Origin: Octopus sinensis
Taxonomy: Eukaryota
Length of the DNA: 64,000 bases
Reading direction: 5' to 3'
NCBI RefSeq assembly: GCF_006345805.1
Contig: NC_043003.1
Location: 80,104,001 to 80,168,000 of the forward strand
The translations under genes and the position numbers were made by a program. Each line of letters begins with the position of its first letter. The first letter of the stretch is position 1. This document shows, one piece after another, positions 1 to 11,573 of this stretch. The notes below the pieces were generated by a model, which had not been told where the DNA came from, did no database searches, and worked only from the letters and a program-made list of their open reading frames with translations.

Positions 1-24
1 ATCTATCTATCTATCTATCTATCA

Positions 25-98
<74 letters not shown>

Positions 99-145
99 AT
101 GACTGTCAGTCTGTTTGTCTGCCTTTCTGTCTGTCTGTCTTTCTT

Positions 146-183
<38 letters not shown>

Positions 184-252
184 CATCTATCTATCTGTCT
201 GTCTGTATGTTTAACTATGCATTTATCTATCTGTCTGTCTGTCTGACTGTCA
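1..252. repeat. (ATCT)n / (GTCT)n tetranucleotide microsatellite
   Basis: Direct reading of tandem ATCT then mixed GTCT/ATCT units. Confidence 0.95.
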
Positions 253-253
253 G

Positions 254-540
254 TCATGGACTCTTTTGTCGAAGACGACGTATGAGTCTTCAGCTTTTAC
301 CGAACGACCTGCGCAAATGATTTGTTTATAGTGATCAAATGTATGTGTGGTACATTGGGTCACTCTCCCCATCAAATTGACGTTGTCTGAACTGGTGCAC
401 TGTATCAGGTGTCTGAATAGGTGTACGCATCGGGTGCCGGAGTGAGATAAAGTGCTTCCTTTAAGAACAAAACGTGTCACCCTAGTTAGGAGTTGAAAGA
501 TCCTGACCAACAACCTGACGACTAGGCCATGCTTCCTTGC
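254..540 (-). mobile_element. tRNA-derived SINE with CORE-like central segment
   Basis: Minus strand starts GCAAGGAAGCATGGCCTAGTCGTCAGG (A-box-like), then a B-box-like GGATCTTTCAACTCC and GTGACACGTTTTGTTCTTAAAGGAAGCACTTTATCTC; the 3' end runs into a simple repeat. Confidence 0.6.
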
Positions 541-675
541 ATACATACATACATACATATATACATACATGCATACATACATACTTATATACATACATGC
601 ATACATACATACATACACACACATATAGATGTAAATATAGATATATATACATAAATATATATGTATATATATATA

Positions 676-1053
676 CTAGCAGTATCGCCCGGCGTTGCTC
701 AGGTTTGTAAGGGAAATAACTATAAAGCATTTTTAGAGAGTTATAGCCAAAAAATAGCAAAAAAATGATGGTAAATTTTTTTTGAGTTACAAAAGGTTGA
801 GTTGCGTCCCCTAGACAGTGGTTTGTTCTGTGGTTTGTTTCTGATTCTCGACCCCATGTCGATTTTATCGATTTTTTTCAGAACTGGGGGAACTTTTCAA
901 AATTTTCGCTGCGTTAGTTTTGAATTATGACATTGGGCTATGTGTGTGTCAAGTTTCATCAGAATCGGTTGAAAGCCGTGGTCAGGGTGAGGGTACAAGC
1001 AAACAGACACACAGAAACACGCACAGACAAACTGCCGTTTATATATAGAGAGA
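676..1053 (-). mobile_element. Non-autonomous Helitron (~378 bp)
   Basis: Minus strand begins TCTCTCTATATATAAA and ends with a GC-rich hairpin (CCTGAGCAACGCCGGG) followed by CTAG; it is inserted between A and T. Confidence 0.85.
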
Positions 1054-1995
1054 TATATATCTTACATATATATACATATATACACACATATATATATATG
1101 AACAATCCGTTTTCGTTGGACTTTGAGCTTCACCGGGCAATGTATCGAATCGCCGCTGATGAATAAGCTGTCGAGCATATACTTACAAATACACACACGC
1201 CCCCCCCCCACACATAAGTATATAGATATATATGTACATATATATGCATTTATATATCTATATATATATACATACATGTAAACATACATGCGTACATGAT
1301 AAATACATATATATATATATATGTGTGCGTGTGTGTGCGTGCGTGTGTGTGTGTTTGTGTGTGTGTGTTTGTGTGTGTGTGTGTATTTCTGTGTATAAAC
1401 ATAAATATGGGAGCAAGCTTGCTGATTGAAGGCTCCACTCAGCAATAGGTGTACAGTAAAATTTATGTTAAATTTGTGCTGATGGGCTTTTCACTTCTGT
1501 CTGATAGCCTACTCATAACCAACTAAATGGTACCTAAAGTCCCAGTCAATATGAGTTATTTACGCACACACACTTACACACATTTAAACTGAACTTATCT
1601 TTCTAGTTTCAGGCCACATCGATCGTTAAGCTAGGACTGGTATTACTGTAAAATCCTAGTTGCACGTTACAATAAATCATATATGATACAAGGTACTACC
1701 TATTCTTAATCCATCAATAAAACATGACATTATAGTGGGTTATGCATAACAAGCATAGAGTGTCAGATATAGAAAGATAGATAGAGAGAAAGAGGGAGAG
1801 GGAGTGAAAAGCAAAAAAACATTCAGTGATAGAAAGAAATAGGAGGCTAGTTATAATTGCACTGCGAACTTTAAAAATGTTGAAGATATGCACTTTTCTA
1901 AAGCCTTTCAAGACCGGTTTGTCTGTCTGATTTCTCACTCTCCTCATCTTTTTGTAAACCTCTCTCCTCTTCCTCTGTTCTTTTCCCGTTCTCGT

Positions 1996-2042
<47 letters not shown>

Positions 2043-2044
2043 GT

Positions 2045-2400
2045 TTAAATATTTGTTGTGCAAGATTTTTTATGTGAAGTCGTGTGTTGAAACAGATATT
2101 GTTATATTTCGGAATAGTCATTTTGCCAGTTTAGCCAATAAAAGCACACGCACTATATATTTGGTGTTATTTTGCTTCATTGTTATTTATTTTTTACATT
2201 AATCTTAATCTTATTTCGGCCAGAGTTCTTTCGTCACACTCCTGTGACCGCATCAGTGGTCCTTTGTTTTCTTCTTTCTTATTTGTGTCTCTCCTAACTA
2301 ACCGTCAGCCATTTTGTATTTCTATTGTATGTCTTCATTTGCGCATGCTTATATCTCTATGTGCGTTTATGTTTATTTAGTGTGTGTATGGGGGGATGCC
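2045..2400. repeat. Dispersed repeat / PLE terminal-repeat-like segment; its first ~110 bp recur at 63620-63722
   Basis: GCAAGATT..ATGTGAA.TCGTGTGTTGAAA.AGATATTGTT.TATTT.GGAAT.GTCAT is shared with 63620-63722; the segment contains the HHR at 2218-2262. Confidence 0.6.
2218..2262 (-). ncRNA. Minimal type I hammerhead ribozyme motif (A9 to C variant)
   Basis: GGACCA-CUGAUGC-G-GUCACA/GGAG/UGUGAC-GAAA-G-AA-C-UC^UGGCC; 6-bp stem II, 2-bp stem III, stem I CCA/UGG. Confidence 0.7.
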
Positions 2401-2771
2401 TGTAATATTTGTATCTTCTGTTTATATATGTTCATGTAATTTGTATTTTGTTTTTGTTGTTTTTGTTTATTCTTATTTTGTTCATGTGTTTACATCCACT
2501 TATTATTATCATTACATATGCTTGTATGTATAACAACAATACTAGTAATAATAATAATAAATCGAATCGAAAAAAAAATATATATATATAAATAAAATAA
2601 AAAGAGAAGAAATAAAAAAATAAATAAAAATAAAAAATAAAAATAAATATCTATATATATATATATATATATATTTACACATATATATAGCCACTTATTT
2701 CTATTAGTTTATTTATCAGTGTATTTATTATGTTTTCAGGATCCTCTATTGTCATATGTTGTGGTGTGTGT

Positions 2772-3385
2772 TAGTGCTCCATTCTAGTTTTCTATTCAAG
2801 CTCGGTTTATTTTCTATTATGTGTGTAGCTTCTGTAATTTGTCTAATTGTTGAATCTGATCTATGTGTGGATAATATTTTAATTTCTATGTTATTGATTG
2901 ATCCCCCGTGTTCCTGGCGTGTTGGTACAGAATCGATGAGCTTTTACCTTCCTTGAGTTGTCTCCAATGCACATTTACGCGCTCTCATATGCTTCTTGCC
3001 GTTTCCCCTACGTATGTCGTTGTCTGGTTACTGCATCGTCCCTCTATACATCTTATAATATAGACTACATTTCTGGCTTTACATTTTGTTTGTGGGCTAA
3101 ATCTACATACAGTACAGTACTTATCCGTACAGGGGGTTCTACTAAAAGGATAGGTTCTACCAATTATAGATTTGATAGGGTTGCCTGGCTTTTCAACAAC
3201 CTTAATTCTTAGCTTGAGTTTGTCTAGGGTCCTTCTAAAGCGGTACGCCAGTTGACCTCCAGGGGTGGTGTCAACGAACTTGACACTCTGGTATTTATGG
3301 CTATCATACCAAGAGTTGGCCTTCCCTATTTTCTTTTTTGTCCTTTCTATAGGAACAAGTCATGGAACACTATACCTTCCTAGGT
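2772..3385 (-). pseudogene. Penelope-like element C-terminus: Cys-rich linker plus GIY-YIG endonuclease (decayed)
   Basis: Manual translation: KANSWYDSHKYQSVKFVDTTPGGQLA...IKVVEKPGNPIKS...PCTDKYCTVC..KCKARNVVYIIRC..TYVGETARSI*ERVNVH...IRQITEATHIIENKPSLNRKLEW. Confidence 0.85.
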
Positions 3386-4225
3386 ATCAGAAAACACTAG
3401 ATGAATATCGACAGAATAGATTATTTGAGACAGGCCAGAGGAAATTTGATAACCAAATAAACAGGGGAGAAGAAAGTACTGAAGATGTGATATCTAATGC
3501 AGAAGAAGCTAGAAAGATCTGGAGCAATATTTGTGATAAGCCATTTAGTTATAATGGAGATGCACTATGTTTCAGGAAAGTGAGGGAAGAAATAGTGCAT
3601 TAATGAGTAAATTGTCAGGATAAATGTCGAATTAGAAGGGCCCAGGACCAGATTTAGTTCAAGGATACTGGCTAAATATTTTTAGTAGTTTACATGTGAA
3701 GCTGAGAGAACAACTTCAGAATTGCCTGAGTGGAAGAATAATACTGGATTGAATGACTAAAGGGAGGACAATACTCATTATGAAAGATAAGAGTATGGGT
3801 AATACAGCTAGCAAATATAGACCAATCACTCGCTTGCCATTAGTGTGGAAGCTGTTAACAGAAATGCTTTCAGAAAGAATTTACGAGCATTTTAACAACC
3901 AGAATTTACTGTCAGAAGAGCAGAAGGGTTGCAAGAAGATGGTCTATTATACATAGACAAAGCAGTTCTAAATACAGCAAAAACTAGAAAGAGAAATCTA
4001 ACAATAGTATGGATAGATTATAGGAACACCTATGAGGTGATCCCATATTCATGGATAAGTGAATACTTGAGTATATTCAGTACAGCCAACAACATAAGAG
4101 AATTGATTAGATTTAGCAAGAAGAAATGGAAAGTAGATCTCTACTCATGTGCCACAGTCTTATGGAAGGTTAATATCAACAGAGGAATTTTCCAAGGAGA
4201 CTCTTTATATCCTCATGGCATCAAA
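3385..4225 (+). pseudogene. R4/Dong-type non-LTR retrotransposon RT fragment
   Basis: YRQNRLFETGQRKF, KYRPITRLPLVWKLLT, EEQKGC, WIDYRNTYEVIPYSWI, RGIFQGDSLYP across frameshifted ORFs. Confidence 0.85.
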
Positions 4226-4295
4226 GGTTAATTGTTGCCTGATGTTAGGAATTTTCTTTTTTGTAGTGTGCATATGAATAATAATAATGATGATG

Positions 4296-4340
<45 letters not shown>

Positions 4341-4463
4341 TAATAATAATAATATAATGACAATAATAATAATAATAATAATAATGATTATAATAATAAT
4401 AATAATGATAATAAAAAACAGTCAAGACGTAGAGCGCGATTCGATTGTAAGATATTTTATTAG

Positions 4464-4510
4464 TTGAACGATATTTCAACAGTACGTTCGTCTGTCTTTG
4501 TCAAGTTCAA
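4464..4510 (-). ncRNA. Decayed minimal hammerhead ribozyme at the 3' side of the second PLE
   Basis: UUGAAC-UUGACAA-A-GACAG/loop/CUGUU-GAA-AUAU-C^GUUCAA; perfect 6-bp stem I, palindromic AUAU stem III, three core or stem substitutions. Confidence 0.6.
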
Positions 4511-4779
4511 AATAAGAAGTGATAAAAATTCAAAATTACAGAAATTTAAGCGTAATGTATGAACGAGAGCAAACCAGCGACCACACGTTGATGGAATGAC
4601 ATCATTAGTTTTCGATTTACAATTTTATAACAGGCGAAAAGAAAAAGGCAGAAAAAAGAAGACGACCGAAAAATGGAAAGAAAAAGAGAGAAAGAAGAAT
4701 ATTTAAGAAGAATATTAAATCAAACAGTTTTGTATAAATTTGATGATATTCTCCTGTCATCTTGTTCATTCTTCCAGGG

Positions 4780-6300
4780 CGTGATGTTAATAACCTGCAA
4801 ACATATGCACTTTCAAGTCTTCTTCAAAATTGCAGCCGCTTGAAATGCAATGTTCAGCAAGTTCTGTCGAACTACTGTTATTGTGCCTGACGTCGAATCT
4901 GTACCCATTAAACCTTTTGTTTAATTGTTCTGTTGTACAACCAGCATAAATTAAGTTGTGTTCCATGCATGCTGCAGTGTACAATAACTGGGAATCATTA
5001 TATGTTCCACCTTCTGTATAAATCATAACATTTCTGTTATGATTTCTGATGGAATTCACTTCACTTATGTTGTTGCCCAATTAACAGGGTTTACTTCTCT
5101 GTTCTTTAAGGTACAGCGTGCAGATACTCCAATGTTCGTTTCCTTGGAGTCAGATATAGAGGTCAATAATTCTCTTATATTCTTCTTTCGTCTAAAGGCT
5201 ACAATAGGCGGCTGAGGAAATATCTGTTTGAAACGAGGATATTTTTTCGCCACATGCTGGTAACTTTCATGCAATTCTTTTGAAATACCAGCGAAATGTC
5301 GGTAGCAGCTAATCACTAAAGGAATTCTGTCATCTATTATACTGTGTTTGCTAAAATTATGCGTGTAGGTTTGACTATCTTTGCTAATCTTAGCTATTTC
5401 ATTTGCTATTTCCTTTAATCGAGATTCACTGTAACTGCGTTTGACATAATGGCATAGAAAAGCATTTGCATGTTTCTAGTAATCCCCTATGTCAGTACAA
5501 ATCCGTTTTATCCTAGAAAAGTTGTGATTTCAGATTTGACTGAATAAGATGATGCGGATGATCGGAGTGGCTGTGGAGATAAATATGGGATGACGTGGGC
5601 TTGCATAATAACTCTGTCACTATTCTGCCTCCAGAAAACTTGACTTTTGTGTCCAAAAATTCAATGCTAGTTTTTGAAAAACTAGACGTAAATTTTATGT
5701 TGGACTTAAAGCCATAGTTTCTAGCATAACAATCACAGAAGTGCAAGAATTCCATAAAAATATCCTCTGATCCTTCCTAGACAAAATATACGTCGTCAAG
5801 GAACCGTAACCAGAGTATTGGTTCATGACCATGAAGGGATTTGAATGTCTTCAGTAATTGTGTCCCGAATTTCGTCATGAAGACATTAGCGAAATTCAGC
5901 TGCCATGGGGGTACCCATGGTGCAACCCTTCGTCTGGTGGTAACATTTTTGTCTAAACTTCTTTGTGTTACTTTCCAACAGAAACCTCAATAATCTACAG
6001 AGAAAATTTGATGGAATACTTTTGTTTGACCGCTTTTGGAAGGCATCCATGCATGGTTCCACCTCTTCATTGTGGTCAATATCGGGATATAAGGAAGAAA
6101 AACCCATGGTTATCAAAAAATAGTTCTCAATATGGCCTCGGTGCTTAATAAAGCTATTGAGTTTAGAAACAAAATCAAAGGCATCCATCTTTCATTTATT
6201 TCAGATAGATTATATTTCTTAATAGTTAGCCATTTGTAAAGTAGGGTGTTTTTAGATCATTTCTAAATATTATTTCATCGAATGCCCCTCCAGTTGTCGG
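4780..6300 (-). pseudogene. Penelope-like element (Neptune-like): RT plus GIY-YIG, frameshifted
   Basis: YHQTKGCTMGTPMAA, LWLRFLDDVYFV, IKFTSSFSKTSIEFLDTKV, KPTSSHIYLHSHSDHP, LLYTAACMEHNLIYAGCTTEQLNKRFNGYR. Confidence 0.9.
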
Positions 6301-6659
6301 CTCCTGAGTCACTATGTATGCAAGAACAAAGAGTCCATAAGAGACACAAACAATATTAGAAATTGCTAAAAAAAAAAAAAAATTGACAAGTCAGTCAGTC
6401 ACCGGCTGACACTCGCTGACAATACACCGAAGAGGCCAGAAAACAGAAGAAAGAAGACATACACCCAACACCAGAGCTGAAGACACCTCCGAAAGTGGGT
6501 GGGGCGCCACGTCAAAACGGTAGAGGAGTAGGGGCCAAAACAGGACGTGCTTCCTCCTGATGATGTCTTGAGCTAACTGGATCCTATAAAGGAGCTGTTG
6601 TGGTAGCAGACCACGAAGCACGGTTGTAATTCCATAACGTCCGGTTCATATATGATTAT

Positions 6660-7200
6660 TATTAAGTCTTAAATTTGTATTTTAGTGATGAATGTGTGAA
6701 TTGGTAATAATGGTAAAGATAGGTCTAGGATAGTTTGATGGCTATCAAGAAATTCAGTGTTAGTGAGGAGTGGAAAATTAGTTTCTGATCCACCATCGCA
6801 CCACAAACCATCAGTCATAAACACAAATCAACTAGAGCATCCACAATTGTTCATATTCTTAAGTTTCACTAGCTAGGTTTGATTCCCAATGACTAACGTT
6901 TCATTCAGAACAGAAGATACTTCAGTTACCTATTATCGATTCTCTACGAAGCTCAGGCAAGGCCAATAATGGATTGTACCTCTCACAATAAGAAGAGTTT
7001 TTGTACTGATTACATCTACATCCTTGATTTCATCAATGAAAGAAACATCCAACCAACTGGCGTATAGTCCCTCAGGGTCACCTGCAGGCGTGTTTTCTCG
7101 TCTCTCATCCTTTACCTTCTGTACGGTTGGTATAACTGACCGGTTCCTCTGAAGTAGCTCCACAGAGGCATTCCCTTCTCTTTCATCTCTCATACTTCCT
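6660..7200 (-). pseudogene. Possible CR1-type LINE apurinic endonuclease N-terminal relic
   Basis: Weak motif matches: LIVRG..SFVE..VLNET and ETNFPLLT..TILDLSL. Confidence 0.35.
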
Positions 7201-7688
7201 TCGTCCTTGTTATATACAAAACTTAAGCTTTAATCATTACTCCGAATTTTGCCTTCCAAGAATTTCGGATCTTTGTTATTTCTTTCCTGATCATGGTTTC
7301 CCAACAGGTATTCCCTTACATGTATTCAAGATGTATGACATTAATGACATCAATTTGATCGATGTAGAATGCGCTTCAACATTTTCTTTACACTAGTCAT
7401 AGGCAAACTGCAGATCGGGTAACTTCCTGAACAGCACGACAAACAAAAAGTACCTTGAAATGTTTCGTAGTGCGGCCCGCTTGATAATGAGCTGTGTCTC
7501 AAACAGCTAGCTTCTAGAAAAAAGATTGACCATGTCCGTTTTGTTCCTCAACTTGTCTAAAGTCTATATACATGAATATGTCGGAAACTTGTTTTAAAGA
7601 AAGTGTGTTTAACGTTGGTTACAATACATTTTGGATGCTAGAATACAACATTGTCAGTCAATTTGCTAACAAAGGGATTGCTTTCCAG

Positions 7689-7715
7689 TTCTACTTGGTG
7701 TGCATGAAATAACAG
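7689..7715 (+). CDS. Candidate 27-nt micro-exon (phase 1-1, xLLGVHEIT)
   Basis: CTAAC branch-point-like motif, GCTTTCCAG acceptor, consensus CAG|GTAAGT donor; only one frame is open. Confidence 0.4.
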
Positions 7716-8066
7716 GTAAGTCTGCTTTAAATCACATCTTATCATCCTAAAACCAATGAAGGGCACATTAGTAAATACATTGCAATATTAGTGCATATGA
7801 AAGATGGGCTTGTTACTGCTCTACTAACTGTTAATAGAATCTCTTCGAACAGAGATGACTAATGCCTAAATAACAACAGTACCAAAGAAAAAAGAAAAGA
7901 AAAAGTAATCGAAAGAACCATCCTTATTAATGGATGGCTCAACCAGATTTTATCTCATAATACAAGCTTTGCCTTTACACCACCCAGCTCCAGTCATAGT
8001 GTTGTTACCCTCGTCGATCTTGTAGATATTTACCCTCCACTAGAATTGAAAAGCCTTCAAAAAACA

Positions 8067-8096
8067 CTGATGAGGTTAATTATAATGAAACATGTC
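8067..8096 (+). ncRNA. Hammerhead core relic lacking stem I
   Basis: CUGAUGA-G-GUUA/AUUA/UAAU-GAA-ACAUGU-C; intact core and palindromic stem III, but the flanks do not pair. Confidence 0.4.
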
Positions 8097-10345
8097 CCCA
8101 GTTGGCACCATACATATATCAACGATTAGTCTTTATAACTTTTTTCTCACATTACCATTTTTATATTCCTACGTAGATAATTAAAACTTTTATTAATTGA
8201 AATATATTATGTAGATTTAATTAAAATTTAATTAAAGTCATAGCTTCTATTCATTTTAAATGCAATTTTTAATAATTGAGATTCCAGTGAGATTCTCAAC
8301 ACTAAGTACATTACTACTCAATGAATTATAATTTGTAATAGCTTCTACTAGCCTTGGCATGGCCTACATGTATAATCAAAGCGTTAACGCTTCTCCAATT
8401 ACTTAGCAGGAAATCTAATTCCAGCAATATTATGTTTAAAGTGAAGTCGACAGAATCTATTGTTTAAAAAAACCGATGAAAGACAGTATGTGCGAAACGT
8501 CATAGGTAATGGACATTCAAAGTCCTTCGATGATTTTATTGCTCTTGCTGTTGATGTTTAGCCTGAGTGGACCATCTTTTTTGTAGACGATAGATCTAAA
8601 CTTTAACGTTTTGACTAGCCTGACATTTTTACAGTCATTCTATACTTAAATCGACATCTTTTTAGTATTCTAAGGATATATTATAGAAAACAATAAGATT
8701 GGAATTTCGAAGTGATCTGGCCACTATTGCTCAACGGTCGAATAACCAAGAAGAGGCTTTCTTTTGGGGATAATCTGAAACCTACTGAAATATATTAGAG
8801 AATCTGAATATTTTATCAGAAGCTATTTCGAAAAATACCTCTTCTATCATTTATTTCTCCCCAAATGTTTCTACTTTGCTTTTTTTTATATACATTTAGT
8901 TTTTTCCATACACAACATGGATACTTGAAAAAGTTCTCATTAAAATGTAAATTTAGAATCAAGCTTTAAAGCTGAAAGAGAAATTCAACATTCTTATTAT
9001 TGCCTATCTAATTTATTTATGATTCATCGGAACCTCACTAGAAACTCTTCAGAGATTTTACAGTTAATAGATTTTAAGAAAATAAAGAAAAAAAACTATA
9101 AACAAAAATTTCTTTTGAATATTTAAAACTATAACAGTTTTCAATACTAACGATACAGAAAGCGATATTTAGAAAACAAATTTAGCTACAACAAAAAATA
9201 CTTGCATAATTGAATAGATTTTGTTTCCAGTTTTGTTTTAGAAATTTCATTCATTAAAAACTAAAAATTCATTAAAGAGAATATTGATAAGGAGAAAGCT
9301 CGACATATACAATTAGGCTAGGAGAGGCTGCACTTTAATATACACTTAAAATAGCATTGATATTTTGATATGTGATATAGACATATTTCCATTAAGTGTA
9401 CTATTAAAAATAAACAATATTTCAGACAAAGAAATCAGGAGTTGACAACTTATATCCTAGCATAAGCTCAACATAGCATTTAAGACTAAGTATCTTAACA
9501 TGACAATACATATATCTAATATACAATTCTGTTTTGTTTACAGTATCAGCCCAGAAAACATAATGAGCACTTCATTGGTTCACATATTACTTTGGTTTAA
9601 TTACTGTCAGGAAAAAGTACCTACAAGAGAAAATTAAAGGCCGTATCTAGTTGGAGATCGAACGCTATTCTGCTTAGTGTTTCAAACTCAAGCGTTAATA
9701 ATCGGCTATGTCGATCTTTCTAATTTTGAAAATTACTAGCTGTTTAAACAAATGTATGACAGGTGTAGGGCAGCAGAATTAAAAGCAAATATTCGTTACA
9801 AGTACTTATCCACAGGCCATGAATTCAAAGAAATAGTACTTTAAATAGTTCACTTACGAATGACATTCACAAACGAAAATCTACCTGCTATGTTTCACGT
9901 AGTGTTAAGATATTCCACCAAACTACGAAAATAAAGACAACGCTTATTGGTGTAGAGAGGAACCAATAGAGATTAAAAGCATCTAACCGTAATTATTTAG
10001 TAAAAATATATGAATTTATCAATACATAATTTTGTTAAGAATTTCAATGACTGCAAGACAGAAATGATGCATTCTTTAACTGTATGTACCTTTTAATATT
10101 TCGGACCCAGATGATACAAAATAAAGTTGTCCTCGGTGAAATTTGAACTTGAAATATAAAGATCCAGAAGAAATACGGCGGAATATTTTTTTCAATTGCC
10201 TAGTCCTTGTGCACAAGACGGGTTTACACTAATCCAAAAGCAATACATACATTCGTCCGTCCGTCAGTCAACCCGCCCTTCCTCATTTCTCCCACCTGTC
10301 CACGCATACGTACTGCCGCCATTGGTAAAACCTGACCATATATAT

Positions 10346-10657
10346 GAGGAGGCGCCATAGCCTAGTGGTTAGGGCAGCGGACTCGCGGTAGTAGGATCGC
10401 AGTTTCGACTCCCAGACCGGGCGTTGTGAGTGTTTATTGAGTGAAAACACCTAAAGCTCCACAAGCCTCCGGCAGGGGATGGTGGCGATCCCCGCTGTAC
10501 TCTTTCGCCACAACTTTCTCTCACTCTTTCTTCTGTTGGCTTGAACGCTTAGCCAGAGGGGTGGCGTCATTTAAAGGCTAAAACAATGCGAAGCGCATTG
10601 TGACCAGCGATGTGTAGCAACATCTGATAGCCTGGTCGGTCATGGTGATCACGGTGA
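10346..10657 (+). mobile_element. tRNA-derived SINE (family S3)
   Basis: GGCGCCATAGCCTAGTGGTTAGGGCAGCGG (A box) ... GGTTTCGACTCCC-like B box; ends in GGTGAT/AT repeats. Confidence 0.75.
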
Positions 10658-10756
10658 TATATATATATACATCCATAAACATCTATTTATGTATGTATCT
10701 ATCTATCTATATGCATGTATGTAGGTGTGCGTGTGGGTAGGTATATATATATATGT

Positions 10757-11161
10757 AAGAAGTTTGAAAACACCACTATATAAGATAAATTTTAATTTTT
10801 TTAGAGATTTTACATGTTTCGGTTCTTCTTGAAAAAACGAACATTATCAAAAATATTTTAAAAGTTAACTGTAATAAAACAAAGTTTATAATTTGTTCTT
10901 ACTAGTCTCAATAGAGTCCACGATTTCCACAATTACAGCCAACGAATCTAGTCAACGCACAAGGCAGCCATTATGCCCCCCCCCCCAAAAAAAAAACATT
11001 ACCACGTGGACTCTGTTGAGACTAGTAAGACACAATTATGAACTTTATTATTACACTTAACTTTTTAAAATTTTTTGATAAGGTTCGTTTTTTCAAGAAG
11101 AACCGAATTCTCCAGGAAAATTGAAATTCATCTTATATATAGTGGTGTTTTCAAACTTCTT
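10757..11161. mobile_element. Foldback element with ~160-bp inverted arms, each holding a degenerate HHR
   Basis: Arms 10757-10922 and 11005-11161 align as reverse complements; ~80-bp spacer. Confidence 0.8.
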
Positions 11162-11199
11162 TTTTATAAATATATACCCGCTCTTATGCCACCTACATT

Positions 11200-11323
<124 letters not shown>

Positions 11324-11324
11324 A

Positions 11325-11530
11325 TAGTCAATCCAAACAAGAACAAGCAAGAAAAAACAACAACCCGAGTACGTGGAACAAGTACTGTGCTATCGGACGC
11401 TCAGGAAAGGAAAGAAAAGAAATATTTCACGTTTCGAGCGCAGCTCTTCATCTGAAATATAGAAAATGTCCAAAGAAAAGAAGACGGAGAAAGAAAATCA
11501 CCAACGATACACACGTGGTCACATATTGAG
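11325..11530 (-). mobile_element. PLE terminal-repeat-like fragment with a degenerate HHR at 11424-11458
   Basis: AUUU-CAGAUGA-A-GAGC/UGC/GCUC-GAA-ACGU-G-AAAU. Confidence 0.55.
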
Positions 11531-11573
11531 AAGGTTGAAAAGTAACACACGTGTTGATATGTAGAACGAACAG

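Noticed and set aside
1150-1195. CTGATGA followed by a possible stem
   Set aside because: No GAAA box and no stem I; not supportable as an HHR.
11435-11446. 12-nt match (GAGCTGCGCTCG) between an HHR stem II and the Dong family A 3' UTR hairpin
   Set aside because: Short post hoc match with no flanking similarity.
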